Both the position numbers and the translations under genes were made by a program. From contig CM119371.1 of NCBI GenBank assembly GCA_051294905.1, forward strand, positions 16,246,001 to 16,310,000: DNA of 64,000 nt. The letters are read 5' to 3'. Origin of the DNA: Botryllus schlosseri (Eukaryota). Shown piece after piece: positions 12,873-23,977 of the stretch (position 1 is the stretch's first letter; each line of letters opens with the position of its first letter). Under the pieces are notes generated by a model. It ran no database searches and was not told the DNA's origin. It saw only the letters and a list, made by a program, of their open reading frames with translations.

Positions 12873-13639
12873 CAGGTGTTACCAACCTGGGGACTATGAG
12901 CCCTTCTCACGGGCCATGAAAAAATGTAAAATTATATTTCCAGGGTTGTAACCAAGTCACAAAGTTCCGAGTCACAAGTTAATCTCAATCTTATAGTTTT
13001 AACTCCAGACAAGTCAGTCATTTTTAATTCACCACCGAGACAAGTCCGTGTGCAAGTCAGTGAGTGGATTGTCGACTCCGAGTCAGAGTCCAAGTAATTG
13101 TGTCACTGTTAAGTTTTGAGTTCAATCCTGTTTCACCCACTTTTTTAATTCTGCCTGAGTGATATAGAAGTGCTCGCATTCATAATATCATAATTTTCCC
13201 CAGTTCTAACAGTCTCTGGCCCGATTTTCTAAGTAACAGGACAGACATACGAAATACCAATAATGTGGTGACTTTACTATTCTTCGAAGTTACAATGAAA
13301 TGTCTCTTGGCTGTCCTAGTCTCGAGTCATATGACTTGGTTCGAGTCATGCACATTGACTCGAGTACAAGTCGATTCAATACACGAATTGACTCTAGTCC
13401 GTTCGAGTCATTTTACGCATTTGAAAAATCGTTCCGAAAAATCGTGACTCGAGTCATTACAACCCTGTGTACCTCTATTTATTGATCATCCCTCTCTGCA
13501 CTCACTATAATTTATACACGAGGTCTTTAATAACATGATGTTGTATCAATTTTTCCGATGGTTTGAAAACAATAGGTGGCCATTGAGTTTTTCCAATTTC
13601 GAACGGGGGCCACGATGTAGAAAAGGTTGGCAACTCATG
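12873..13639. mobile_element. hAT-type MITE containing a nested GACTCGAGTC MITE (12941-13467)
   Basis: TSD TTATAGAC/CTATAGAC; inner TIR CAGGGTTGTAA. Confidence 0.75.
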
Positions 13640-13721
13640 CTATAGACACTATAGTGTCATCAACATGGTGTCGCTTGGGTGTGAGGATGTGACATATGCA
13701 AACGATATTATCAGCACTCAC

Positions 13722-13824
13722 CCAGATCTATTGTGACTACATCAGTAAGAGAGCTCGATGTTAGATTGATTTGGTGCGATCCCTCCATGCACTCGTTGGT
13801 CGTAAAGCTCAATTCGAACGTTAC
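13722..13824 (-). CDS. ITGB: Integrin beta exon 10, hybrid domain end (VTFELSFTTNECMEGSHQINLTSSSLTDVVTIDL)
   Basis: ttttcAG and GTGAGT sites; VxFxxS...C motif; phase 0/1. Confidence 0.9.
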
Positions 13825-13847
13825 CTGAAAAGCAACACCACACGTAA

Positions 13848-14511
13848 GTGGCAAGATAGCTTAGTGTAGGGTTACCATACGTCCTATTTTAAGACGATTT
13901 GTCCTCTTTTTTGACTTTTTTGTGAGTGTCCTTGGGGGACGCCCAAATGTCCTCTTTTTTGAGAATTCAGGGTAAATATAGGGTATAATTCCAGTGAGAT
14001 ACAGTAAATCAGCTCTGAAGTAACGCTCCGGCGACTATTTCAGGAGCTGAGGCGGAAAGTTGACCTTTTTTAGAATTGAAGAAAAGTGTCAATATCTTAT
14101 ACCGAGTCGGAAAAATGACCCTTTTTTACTCAACCAATCACAAAGTCGGGGAAAATTTACTATTTTTCCGGATTTTTCTCCAGAATTGTAAGTCGGAAAA
14201 TTTTGAAAATGTGTACTTCTTTCACATTTCCAAAGTATGGTAACCCTAGCGTAGTGGTAGAATCCACGGCTGCAACACCACTGAATTTTGGGTTCGAGTC
14301 CGACCGAGGCCGAGTCCAAAATTCCTACCTAAGTGTTGAAGGTTCATCTAGGCCCCTACTCGCCATCTCATCCGTGGAAGCGGTGTCTCAAAAAGTCTAG
14401 AAGTGGGCCGTGCTACAAGATGGCAGCTTCGGAATCAAAAACAAGGAATATCGGCCTCGTGTAAATGACCATCGTAGTCGACAAACACCATAAATAGCAC
14501 AAACAAACAAC
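13848..14511 (+). mobile_element. tRNA-derived SINE (abundant family, AAAC tail) split by MITE 13867-14248
   Basis: Head GTGGCAAGATAGCGTAGTGG...CTGCAAC...GGTTCGAGTCC; MITE TSD GCTTAGTG/GCGTAGTG. Confidence 0.8.
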
Positions 14512-14637
14512 AGCGGATGTACTCTACGCAATAAAGTATGAAGGTGCAACTTCTGTCTATTAAAATGAAGCAATCATCTATTGCCAAGAATGAGTTCTCT
14601 ATGGGAATTTTATGAGCCTTCATCACATGGATTTATC

Positions 14638-15053
14638 TAGGCTTACCATACACTTTGTCAGAAATTTTGGACTTGCAAAACCGGAGAAGAATTCTCAAAA
14701 ACCGGTGAATTTTTCCCACTTTGTGATCGGTTGACTAAAAAAAGTCATATTTTCCGCTCAGAGCTCAAAATACCGTTTTTCTCGCCACGTTGCCGGGTGG
14801 TTGACTAAAAAAAAGGTCACCTTTCCGCTCAGAGCTAAATTCACCGTTTTTCCCTCCGAAATACCCGCCGGAGCTTCACTTCTGTGCTAATTTGCGGCAT
14901 ATCACTCGCAATTTGCTCTGAATCTGACCTAAATTTTCAAATAAGAGGACAAAATCTCAAAAAAGAGGACAAAAGGGCCGTCCTCCGAGGACACTTTCAA
15001 CAAAGTCGAAAAAGAGGACAAATCCTCTTAAAAGAGGACGTATGGTAAGCCTA
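14638..15053. mobile_element. hAT-type MITE, TAGGCTTACCATA family
   Basis: Perfect TSD GATTTATC; homologous to 4615-5182. Confidence 0.9.
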
Positions 15054-15930
15054 GATTTATCTCACTGTTGGATTCGGCAGTATTGATGTTTCGGGTGAAC
15101 AGGAAAAGTTATATTTGATTCAGTGTCTTATTGTCACAGTTGGGTCTATACTGAGATCTTCTTTATTTTATTGTTGCTAAACATTGACGATAGTGTTGTC
15201 TCGAAGAGGTTAAAACAAACACATAAATATCACAATATAACGTTTAAAGGATGTGACTAATCAGAAATACCTCTTGCATCAGTCATCGTCACATGACCAC
15301 GCGTAATTATCCCAGATAGCTAAGAAGGGGAAATTTTGACACTCTGGGTTATTTCAACGACAAAGACGTGCCAATATATCTTAGTGATCAACTGCAAAAA
15401 TTACCAAGAAGATTTAGCCTACGATATCTACAGTAAAAACCTCCTTCAAAATGGACCGAATATCAGTACAGTGCTCATCACGGTACACCACGTAATGTAG
15501 GCTATGATCGCATGTAAGAAGGTAGTATCGGGTTGTCGCAACGTGCTGTAATTGTTACAAAAAGCCGCCAACTACCGGATGTGTAGTAATCTAGTATATA
15601 GGCAAACAATAGGGCACGCACTGTGGTGGTGTGAATGCTATATTGATGCCTTATTAATGGCGAAATGGGATAGCGCACACGGTTTCAGTGTATGTTGATA
15701 GTAGATGTGGATATACAATTGGCAGGTTCAAAGCTTATCATGCAGTTTGACCTCTTCAACCTAATTTTACTTTCAACCCGATTTAACTGCTGCAATGATT
15801 CGAATCGATTCGTGAGAGCAGTTCTTCCCCGTTACTGCAAATCAGTGGTGGCTCGTCCTATAGGGCAACTGGGACATTGCCCCAGCTAAAATTCTGTTCA
15901 ATAACAATTATTTAATAAAATATTCATCTT

Positions 15931-15970
15931 TATTCCCGAAGCTTTTCGGCTGACCCTCGTCAGGGGAATA
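15931..15970 (-). ncRNA. Second identical minimal hammerhead ribozyme (inverted pLTR), sense to the integrin pre-mRNA
   Basis: Exact reverse complement of 17303-17342. Confidence 0.86.
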
Positions 15971-16307
15971 TCGTCAGCAATAATGCGAGAATTCGAATAA
16001 CTATGTTCAGCAACAATATATATCGCTAATTATGACGGCACACAGAAAATATACCAAGTTAGGAAAACGAGAGAACTGAAGCGTTGGCATGTTTGCCAAT
16101 AGAAGACTTTTTGACACATGGCCTGGTTATGTTGTAGAACAAGCGGATTGTTATGCTGCGATTTCGAGATATATGATTTGACAGACGGTGGGATGTGTTC
16201 TTTAATTCGGTCCTGCAACCGTTTGGAAGTTCTCCCTACGTACCGACAATCGCAGTGGCACTTGAATTCATAAATGACGTTACTTTGTTGTAAAGCCGGA
16301 AGAACGT

Positions 16308-17160
16308 TGACACGTTCGTGATCTTCAATAATGAATCTGACTGTGGTTTATAGGAAGCCCACGTTTTCGGGTCATTACCTTCGATGGAGCTCTTTCAGTC
16401 CAAAAAGTCGTAAAATCAATTTAATCGGCACCTTGGTCCACCGGGCGTTGATGATTTGTTCCGAGGTCAAATTGAATAGTGAACTTGATTTTATCCGTAA
16501 AATTTTCATTGACAACGGATACCCTGAGTATGTCATCAAGCGGACAATAAATAATAAGTGTTAAGTCATCGGAATGATACCAAACCAAATGAAACCCACG
16601 AAGAAGTCTCTCGTGAAAATAGGGATGTGTACATTCATCTACCTTGGATTGGCCCGGTTTCTTATCGATTTGAGAAACAGATAACTTCAGCAGTCCATCG
16701 CTGTTATCCAGCGGTGAAAACCAATGTTGTTTTTACCACGATACCAATGTTTCCTGCAGTCCGAAAGGACGTTCTCCCGGCTTTACAGCAAAGTAACGTC
16801 ATTTATGAATTCAAGTGCCACTGCGATTGTCAGTACGTAGGGAGAACTTCCAAACGGTTGCAGGACCGAATTAAAGAACACATCCCACCGTCTGTCAAAT
16901 CATATATCTCGAAATCGCAGCATAACAATCCGCTTGTTCTAGAACATAACCAGGCCATGAGTCAAAAATCTTCTATTGGCAAACATTTACTAGAAAATCA
17001 TACATGTGCTGCTAACTACCACGAGGACATGTTCTCTGTATTGGCTAAGGGTCGCAATTTATTTCATTTGTCTGTTCTTGAGTCCACCATCATCACTATG
17101 AGTAAACCTAGTTTATGCCAACAGAAAGAATATGTGTATCATTTGAAAATCGCGCATTAA
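16308..17160 (+). pseudogene. Penelope-like RT C-terminus/thumb and GIY-YIG endonuclease remnant
   Basis: DTFVIF (tail of the YVDD motif), VYRKPT, NGYP, NVIYEFKC...YVGRTSKRLQDRIKEH, IGKHLLEN; internal deletion and a frameshift near 16558. Confidence 0.9.
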
Positions 17161-17302
17161 CTTGTTTGGCTTCGCTATCTCCATGCCAACGTTTCAGTTC
17201 TCTCGTTTTCCTAACTTTGTATATTTTCTGTGTGACGTCATAATTAGCGATATATATTGTTGCTGAACATAGTTATTCGAATTCTCGCATTATTGCTGAC
17301 GA

Positions 17303-17342
17303 TATTCCCCTGACGAGGGTCAGCCGAAAAGCTTCGGGAATA
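17303..17342 (+). ncRNA. Minimal type I hammerhead ribozyme in the PLE pseudo-LTR
   Basis: TATTCCC-CTGACGA-GGGTCAGCC-GAAA-AGCT-TC-GGGAATA: 7-bp stem I, intact core, palindromic loop III, predicted cleavage after C17335. Confidence 0.88.
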
Positions 17343-19214
17343 AATATGAATATTTTATTCAAATGTGTTATGAAGTTCTGTACTCCTAAGCGTCTCTTTG
17401 TGAACAATTATTTATCATTTATAGACGCACAGCAATCAATATATCCCGAAGTCACAGCGAAAATCGCATTCTTCTTGGGCTTTGGCTTGTAAATGCCCAT
17501 TATCGAAGTCTCTGCGAAAATCGTTTCTTCCGTGTTTTCGCTTTGCGAATGCCTAGCCGGGGCATGCCCCGGTAGCGCTCAAAACAAGCTTTCACTGTCT
17601 ATTCTCTCAAAGCCGCGCACAATTAAGAAACGGTGATTTACTCTCTACTATTCATAAATTTACCGAGCAGGTGGGGCAACATAGCCTTGTTGCCCTTAAG
17701 GTGTGATGTAACAATCGTATCTATATCTGAACTCGGTTAACTTAAATATGCGTTGAGTCGACCTTTGTTGTGTAGGTCGATTTTGATGGTGTTTCACACC
17801 ATGATAATTCATGAAACTTGGTTTGTTATGTCGTGATGGTGGTATTCAACACTTCTCCAAGTTTTAGGGTTTCTACTTAAAGATTAGGGTAGTAATTCCT
17901 ATTCCGAAGTTGAGTGTGTGCTGATCCGTCATGTATCGCAAACAGATTTTACTCAAAAGCCGGTATTGGTATCCATTGATTTTGACGATGTTCCATACCG
18001 AGATCGGTCATGACATTTGGCACGGTAAGTCTTAATGTTAGTATCGAACGCTGTACCAAGTTTTAAGTTTGTCACTGACTATGTTAGTGGTAATTCCGTT
18101 TCCTAAGTCGAGTGAGAGTTAACTCGTCATTTATCGCTAACAGATTTTACGCAAAGCTGGTATTGGTCTCTATTGATTTTAACGATGCTCCTTATACCTA
18201 GATCCGTCATGAGCTTTTGCACGGTATGTCTTGATTTCAGTATCGAACGCTGTGCCAAGTCTCGAGGTTGACACTCAATGATTAGGGCAGCAATTTTGTT
18301 ATCAAGGCCGAGTATGGTGGAGATATGCGCTGATCTGACACTTTAGCCTACCTAACGAACGCATTGCGGATTTCACGCACAAGCCGGTGTATCTGTGCTA
18401 ACGTTAACTGTGTTCCATACTGAGATAGGTGATGAGATGATGATATCATGAAACAGTGTACTAACATTCTCGGTTTGCATTTAAATATTTACTTTTATTT
18501 TATATTCTCCAATGTCTTGGCCTTCAAGCCATTTGCTGCTAATAGTTGTTTGATTATCGGTGTGAATTATAGTCTCGATTGGTCGTATCGCAGCATGCGA
18601 AAACTGTAGTACCAAGCTACCCACGCCAGTGGAAATACCCACGCCAGTGGAAATACCACTTCCGTGCAGTCGTGATAAACCCACATTATCGCGAAGTGGA
18701 AGGAGATGGGCATGGTCGAAAAACTCTCAAAATATCTTTAATGTGGCGTGGAACTGGCATATAAGGTACACATTTGAGCTTTCCGCATTACCCGTAAACG
18801 TTTCTGGCGTGCCAAGGAGTCATACGCGATCACCAGACTCGGTTCCAAGCCTGATACTCGGGCCGTGTTATTTTTGGCATATTTAGGGAGGAATTCTGGC
18901 GTCGATGTCGATCGGACTCGAATCCGCAGCCTATTGGCGTTGCAGCTGTGAATTATACCACTACGCTATCTCGCCACTCCTATCAGCACTGTTGATACAT
19001 ACAGTATTTTATTTCATTTGCCAGTTACTTCCATGCCATAGCCTATCTGTAAGACCTCGATTGTCCTCTATTTCTCTTGGTACGTAGCGCGAAAAGCCTC
19101 TAGATCTGATTAGTAGCAGTTTTCTAATAAGCGCAACTGCGTGTTACAACCAGAGACGCAACAGCCGATTACAATGCCATGGTAATCAACAATTTAAATT
19201 TCAATACAATCAAT

Positions 19215-20194
19215 TAGGGATGGTGTGAACGTGAGGTTCACGTTCGTGTTCTGTGTGTGAACCTCGGAAATTTAGAGGTTCGCGTTCACAACAGAACCTT
19301 GGTAGGTTCTGCACTGTGAACCTTTTTGGTAAATTGTAATTTGCACTTCATTATAAGATCTTTGGTTCAAGTTTATTGCATTTCAACTGCGGGTCACTCT
19401 ATGCATGGCGCTTGCAGCATAAAAAATTAACACTAAACGAGCATGTACTATGACAACCTTAAAAGTTTTACTTGTTTTTTGTTACCGAAAATTTCTCGAA
19501 ATATTCAGCTTTCCGTTTTGAATATTTAGTGACCCTCCGCTGTGAGCTTGACCCGCAATCACACAACATCACGAGCGATATACGTAGTCAGCCAATGATG
19601 CTTATTCAACCAATCAATGACATTGATATCGTTTTCTGATGTAAAATATCGAGCGGGCGTACGGGGTCAATCTTGACTTCATATCTTTACTGTATCATTA
19701 AAACCAAATTCGTTCGATTAAGATGCTGGCTACTGCTATATAACTTGTTGTTTATGGTATCAGTAGCGAGTATAGAAACCCGTCTTACACTCTGCTCAAC
19801 ATCAATGTAGCAATACTCAGACTCCGAACACATTGTCCGGTCTGGCTAAGACCTTTGAGGCGTAAGCTTATATTTCATGGTACGTCCTCGTCGAAATTGT
19901 TGGCAAAGCGACGGAATGTATTGATTTTATGAGATTATTATATCCTTTGATAACCGCGGTTGATACATTTAGCGACGTTTAAAACGCCAATATGTACTTC
20001 AGCAATGCGACATTATGTGGCCCGAGTCTTCGCTAGGTATCGTGTACATTAATATAGGCTATCACTTCATTGAAAGATAGGGTTGGAATTAGCAATATGA
20101 CGTCACGAGGTTCACGTTCGTGTTCACACAGAACCTTTCAAAAAGGTTCGCGTTCACACGAACCCGAACCTTTCAGAGGTTCACACCATCTCTA
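19215..20194 (+). mobile_element. ~1-kb MITE, TAGGGATGGTGTGAAC family
   Basis: TIRs with GTGAAC/GTTCAC subrepeats; TSD CAATCAAT. Confidence 0.9.
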
Positions 20195-20213
20195 CAATCA
20201 ATGTCAAACGCAC

Positions 20214-20348
20214 CTCGTCTCCAATGGCTATGTTGTTACAGTCCATGTCCCCGTCGACAATGACACCGGACGAACAGTACGTTCTCGAAGAATACGTCAC
20301 GTGACTAGGAATGCTGCTGGTGCGCACCACGAGTCTTCCCTTAATTTT
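20214..20348 (-). CDS. ITGB: Integrin beta exon 9, hybrid domain (KIKGRLVVRTSSIPSHVTYSSRTYCSSGVIVDGDMDCNNIAIGDE)
   Basis: tttcAG and GTGCGT sites; CxNIxIGDE motif; phase 0/0. Confidence 0.93.
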
Positions 20349-21296
20349 CTGAAATAAAGCGGTCACAAATATAGGGATTTCCAGTTTGGTGTAAAACAGA
20401 AGCAGTGGTAGGATAGTAGATATCTCATACGCCGACCAACATACATCCATTGTCCATAAGATACTGAGGTGAGTTGAGCTCCACGGTTGATGAGACACTG
20501 AACTCATTTAGAGTCGGATTTACCAATGCGTAGTAGCAAAGGGATAGCTTATTCAATTGGCCCTTTGTTATTTCATATCTCATCATCACTACATGTTGAT
20601 GTTGTATGTCGCAACGTTACAATTGATACTACAGAGTGGCTTTGTATTGTTTCGCAATAGAGACGGTAGTTTTACTGCGTTGGGATTGTCGGATTGTTAG
20701 CTAACAATCGGCGACACAGATAAATTTGGGCCTCACAATGTATAGTTTTTTGCCGTCCTGGTTTGTAACAACTCCGAACTTTACATTCGGAGTAAATTTA
20801 AAGGGGGTTCTGGTACTCATACATTATCATCATTTGAATCCCAGAATCAGCGAGACAATAGCCTTCTATTAATACCATAGTTATGATAAATTATGAGTTG
20901 TTTACGATGAATTGGGCTACCGCAAGTGACGCTTTGCTCCTCCGTCCTTCACCTCTCGCCCTATATTTTTGTACGGTAAATATGGTAATTGAGGAATTGT
21001 GAATGTTTAACTTAAAATATACAGTCATACGAGACAAGTATTAGAATTTTTGAATTTGTAATTCAAATCGCGAAATCCGTCATGCCACCACAAAATGATC
21101 CTTTGACGTATGTGCTGTGCATTTGGCATGGCACACAAAACCGTGTGACACTTGCACGTGTTCGGTTGTCTTGATGTCAGAGATGGTGTTGGGATTAAAA
21201 AATCTCAAGTTGAAGTGTCCCTTAGTAAAGTGTCTTATTCACAAATGCTCAACTACCGCCAGCACTGCGTGATAAAATATGAAGCATACGACTTAC

Positions 21297-21389
21297 CTCG
21301 TAGGCATCAGCGATGAGAGACACAATATTGTTTGAGTCGCTGGCGAGCTGCGAAACTTCCCCAAGCTCTTTCAGTACGTTGGGTATGTC
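21297..21389 (-). CDS. ITGB: Integrin beta exon 8 (DIPNVLKELGEVSQLASDSNNIVSLIADAYE)
   Basis: ctttAG and GTAAGT sites; LxxDSxNIxxLIxxAY motif; phase 0/0. Confidence 0.93.
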
Positions 21390-21660
21390 CTAAAGGTCAG
21401 GTATGCATATGTCAACAGCAGAGGCGGTCAAACTCAAGTGCATGTTGACGAAACGACATGAATTCCGACTATTACAAGTGATTTACCTGACATGCGGAAC
21501 TTACTTCGGGCATAAATAGCAAATAAAGGGTATTATGAAGAGTATTCACTATTCAGGTAGTATCGAAATGTATATTTGATCGATCTATTGAATTAGTAGA
21601 GGTAACTCCGTTAATTTCTGCTACTGCAAGCAGAAGTAGCGATTACTAACACATGACAAA

Positions 21661-21853
21661 CAATGTTCCCTCTAAGCTGCACACGTACGCAAATGCGCAG
21701 TGCTGACACAGTCTTTGGGCACAGAAAATCTTAGTTGCGCACAAAAAATCTGAACAGATGACCTTATTTTAGTCGCTACGCACTGTTGTCCAAGGTTCTG
21801 CGCAGTGAGTTGGTGAGTGCGCGCAGACTCGTCAAAAATTAGAGGGAGCATCG
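21661..21853. mobile_element. ~190-bp MITE, CAATGTTCCCTCTAA family (also 25899-26091, 28705-28896)
   Basis: TSD ATGACAAA; the 25899 copy has TSD ATCATGAG/ATCACGAG. Confidence 0.85.
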
Positions 21854-22665
21854 ATGACAAAACTTCTTCTTGTGACGTAACCTTTTTGGACTCGCGGCAA
21901 AATAGTTCGCGGCACACTAGCACATAAGGATTTTGAAGCCCGGAGGTTTGTCAGAAAAGTGTCTATGCTTTTTCATAAAGTTGCCATTCAATTTCCTTGG
22001 CAAAATAGCTTCATGTGACAATCTTGCATGACAGAAAAGACAATCTAGTCATTCTAGTGCATTCATCATCACATCAAGTGATGTCCATATTCAGATAACT
22101 GTCGCTATATAAGCATGCTCTCTATGTTTATTTTCTGATGCACCGCCACTTCCGAAATCTCTTTTTTTTCACTACCGCAATGATCGTCACCGCTTGATTT
22201 CTTTTCTTTCAAAATAAACTTTGCCATTATATTATTTCCAAACGTAGCGTTAGTAAAGCGACCCTCACATAGCATACCAAACCCTGAAAAAGTTCGTCGT
22301 ATTTCTCAGGCCAGATTAGCGGTAATACGTAACTACAACAAGCAGAGCGTATTCAGACGAAAGTAAAGAGGGGCTACTCTAAATTACCAAAGATTTACGG
22401 CGTCACAGAAACTTCGGACTGCGCTTAGACCTTATGACGTACCATATGACGTGTTTGACCATAAACTCTGTACACTTCCGCATTGTCGATGTAATTGACT
22501 ATCGTACCGAAGAGACCACGCTAAATCGCTACTGACGAATACAGAGGCATATGCAGGAATAGCAAACGCATTTCCACACAGATCCTGTAGCACGCGTGAG
22601 GATAGACAGCTCCCGATAGTTCAATTCTCAAATTCGTCGCCGGTAACATAACGTTTCGCTACAAG

Positions 22666-23113
22666 TAAGGTTGCATTTAAAACAAACGGTGTTTTGAAAC
22701 ATTCTGTTTAAAACATGATTTAAACAGGGTTTTAAACAAAGGCCTTAAAAATAAATCTGTTTCATTCAAGTTGTAAAATTATGTCATAATTGTGTAAATA
22801 CATCCCAAGAAACATGTTGTATGAACCTACGGACAATTACCATCCGATATAGTCGATGTATATCGATATGGAATGGTTCGAACCCTCAAGACAGTCGGTT
22901 CAACAGTAATAGTACAGATCTTTCGTCAAAGGAGCCATAATTAACCTGTATTTTCAATTGTCAATGTAAATCCACTATGATGCCACAAACTGATATTCGT
23001 GACGTCATAGCTTTAAAAATCAAATGTAAAACAACAACAAAAGATGTTTTAAACAAGGGCTTTGGTTTAAACATGTTTGTTTCAAAATGATTTTTGTTGT
23101 AAATGCAACTCTA
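22666..23113. mobile_element. MITE, GTTGCATTTAAAAC family
   Basis: Perfect TSD GCTACAAG. Confidence 0.87.
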
Positions 23114-23739
23114 GCTACAAGCCTAGATTTTAACGGCAGTTTCTGCACGTTACAGCCTAGCAATCACAATGTAGATGGTTGTGTTTTCAATTAGAATTTG
23201 AAAACGTGAGCATCACTTCCAAAATAGTTCATTTCTCACTAGTGATTGAGAAGACGATGAGGATTTGAAAATTGCACTGCCATACAGACGTCGCCAAGCC
23301 TGCTATTCTCTGCGTATTGTGCAAAAGTTAATTCAGTCTTCAAGGCATGCGACATCACGGGTAAAGCGAATCGACGGGGACCAGTGCAAATGTACAAACT
23401 TAACATCGAGTGCGATTCAGATTCATTGATCGTTTGTCAAGCACTAGAATTATTTTGGGTAATTTCTAAATTTCGTAGAAAGCTCTGGCGGTACCTTTGC
23501 GAGACGCGGCAAAACGATTGGGAACCACTGCTATTCAAACTAGAAAGTGTAACCATGCATATAGTGTCGACTAAAACCAATGTTAGTAGAAGTAAAATTA
23601 GTGTAAAATCATCACCACTTGCGTAAGAGCTGAAAGCAGTCATAATCCGCCCGAAAACTTCGAAAAGTTAGTGGTAATGCGTTATCGATCACCTCTGGTA
23701 AACAGTAAATTAGGAATGTGCATATCCAGTAATACATAC

Positions 23740-23889
23740 CTGGTACAAGGGCAACACGTCATCGGTCACGGCGAAGATTGTGATGATCTTGTGTTCGGTG
23801 AACGCCTGCTTCAGCTGGCCGAGAGATGGATAATCCAAGGTCTTGCTTTTAGAGTACACGACTGCATCCGGAAGATATGTGTTGAAGCC
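23740..23889 (-). CDS. ITGB: Integrin beta exon 7 (GFNTYLPDAVVYSKSKTLDYPSLGQLKQAFTEHKIITIFAVTDDVLPLYQ)
   Basis: DYPSLGQL and IFAVT motifs; GTATG donor; the in-frame acceptor is the rarer aAG, so the 5' boundary is less certain. Confidence 0.88.
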
Positions 23890-23977
23890 CTTTACAAAAA
23901 TTCGAAGGCTGTCAGATCGTTGGTAAAATAGGAAAATCATAAGAGACATTGCAAAGAAGGGTTAGTATATATATATA

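Larger units (their letters stand above)
15915..17402 (+). mobile_element. 5'-truncated Penelope-like retroelement with inverted 5' pseudo-LTR
   Basis: RT end plus GIY-YIG coding region; 15915-16307 is an inverted copy of about 16769-17359; about 43-nt 3' tail; 12-bp TSD AACAATTATTTA (15903-15914, 17403-17414), present once in the uninterrupted host copy near 4440. Confidence 0.93.
15843..18540. mobile_element. Inverted partial copy of the 2612-4509 element, host of the PLE
   Basis: Starts CAGTGGTGGCTCGTCC; 17415-18350 is the reverse complement of about 3500-4440; distal TIR not found. Confidence 0.85.

Noticed and set aside
16030..16218. Separate small gene duplicating part of the GIY-YIG ORF
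   Set aside because: It is the inverted pseudo-LTR arm of the Penelope element
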